Part shown: positions 62,621-64,000 of the stretch, one piece after another
How the letters are laid out: each line of letters opens with the position of its first letter
How positions within the stretch are numbered: the first letter of the stretch is position 1
Source: Somniosus microcephalus
Taxonomy: Eukaryota
Assembly: GCA_052327205.1 (NCBI GenBank)
Contig: CM126202.1
Location: 381,362,001 to 381,426,000 of the forward strand
Direction: 5' to 3'
DNA: 64,000 nucleotides
Program-made: the position numbers and the translations under genes
The notes under the pieces: generated by a model
The model's input: the letters and a program-made list of their open reading frames with translations, nothing else
Database searches by the model: none
What the model was told of the DNA's origin: nothing

Positions 62621-64000
62621 CTTTCACTTAGTCTTTCTGCGCTCCCACCAGCCATCAGCATCAAAAACATCTGTTCTTGTTACAGTTGTCTTCAGGTGCA
62701 CAATTAAATTACCCAATATAGAAAGATATTTGCATAAAACCAGTATTCCTAAATTGGCAGGTATAAATAAATACGTAGAAATTCAATAAAATCAAACAAA
62801 ATAATGTTAAAGTTATGGTCAGATTTTTTTCTTTAAACGGTTAACTGGAGCAAACCTACCATCCCCAGGCTGGCACCTGGAGTGAGTTACCACAGTCCCT
62901 CTCAGTACCAATGTAAAATGCAGCTATTCCTCCTTTGAGGACTAATTGTTTACAGCTTCCACATATCTTTTTCATCATAGATATTGTTTGTAAAGGATCT
63001 CAATGTTTAATATTACAAAACCATAATTAAAGCAGTATTAAATAAGCAAAAGACATCACTGTATGAATTCTCTTGTTGGAACAAATTCTTCTTAGGATTC
63101 AAAAAAGGCTCAACTTTTGTAAGCTTAACCCTCAATATTCCCAACAACTAACTCAAATTCTGCAAGAATGAGTCTCATCAATAGGAAATCCCAATAACAA
63201 AGCAAAATATTTTTAAAATCCTGTTGACTGTGATCGTTGTATTTGAATGTCAATATAATAACTGGCTGGAAGCAATTATCAGTGCTGACAGTGTGTGACA
63301 GCTAAATTATCAGTAGAGACACAGTTATTAACATAGGGTGCTGGTTGCAAGTAATTACTGATCCAATAGCTCAAGGCAACTGTAATAACATCTGTACAGA
63401 TTCAGTCATCAACACAGGGTTCTGGCTGAGAAGTTTTACAGTGCAAAAGTGCTGGATTAACATAAACAGAGATCCAGTCACTAGCCCAGTGAATATCCCT
63501 GATGGTGAGACTCATTATTATAAGCTGCTGGCTGCCTGGAGTCACTGAGCCTAACTGTGCGAGGGACTGAGATTAACAGCAGTGAAACAGATCATCAATT
63601 GTACTGTTTCAACAATACATATTAATTCGGCTCAGTAATTCCTCTAACCCAGTTACCTTGATGACAACATTAACATTGACTATTTAAACAAAAATATCAC
63701 CCCATCAAACAAACATTTAAAAATATAATTAGATGCTGCAGTAAAGTTTGATTTTTAGAGTAGTGTCCTGTTGTTGACTGGTGATGGTATGAATGCTCCT
63801 GGTGCTCACTGCATCGTATGATGGGGTTGTAGGATATGGCTTGCCAACCGTAGGTTGGGGAGGGGGGGATAATACAGAGACTGGGCCCAGTTGCTCCTTG
63901 GCATTCTCACTTACCTCCTAGAATTTGGTTACACAGCAATATTGAGAGAGGTCTGGGGGAAGGTGTCCATCTGCCTTGTCAGCCACAGTATAATGGACGA

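Noticed and set aside
61614-64000. Search for HDAC8 exon 7 (GTGD...SVNVP)
   Set aside because: No matching sequence found; the exon presumably lies beyond the window.

Overview
Eukaryotic (vertebrate) genomic DNA, most likely from a cartilaginous fish. That is inferred from the repeat mix: abundant CR1 and L2 LINEs, Deu-domain (SacSINE1-type) SINEs, Penelope-like and PIF/Harbinger-like elements. Three host genes lie on the minus strand in the order known from human Xq13. (1) A complete 7-exon ribosomal protein S4 gene (RPS4/eS4; CDS exons of 3, 78, 181, 98, 172, 158 and 102 nt = 263 aa + stop) with a TCT/5'TOP start and a CpG-island promoter. (2) CITED1 (158-aa ORF in one exon; 5' exons unresolved). 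(3) The last four coding exons (8-11) of HDAC8. Most of the remaining recognisable sequence is a layered record of transposable elements, many nested and several with readable TIRs and target-site duplications. There is no CRISPR, rRNA or tRNA gene, and I cannot support a wholly new biological system. The least-explained signals are: a perfect nested palindrome in HDAC8 intron 10 whose loop has an exact inverted copy about 400 bp away; an LF-SINE-like element in HDAC8 intron 8; a decayed, intron-containing BED-finger hAT transposon inserted in a CR1; and an internally deleted two-gene Harbinger. Exon boundaries, TIRs and TSDs were read base by base. Boundaries of old repeats are approximate. 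Family names and human comparisons come from recalled sequences, not database searches.
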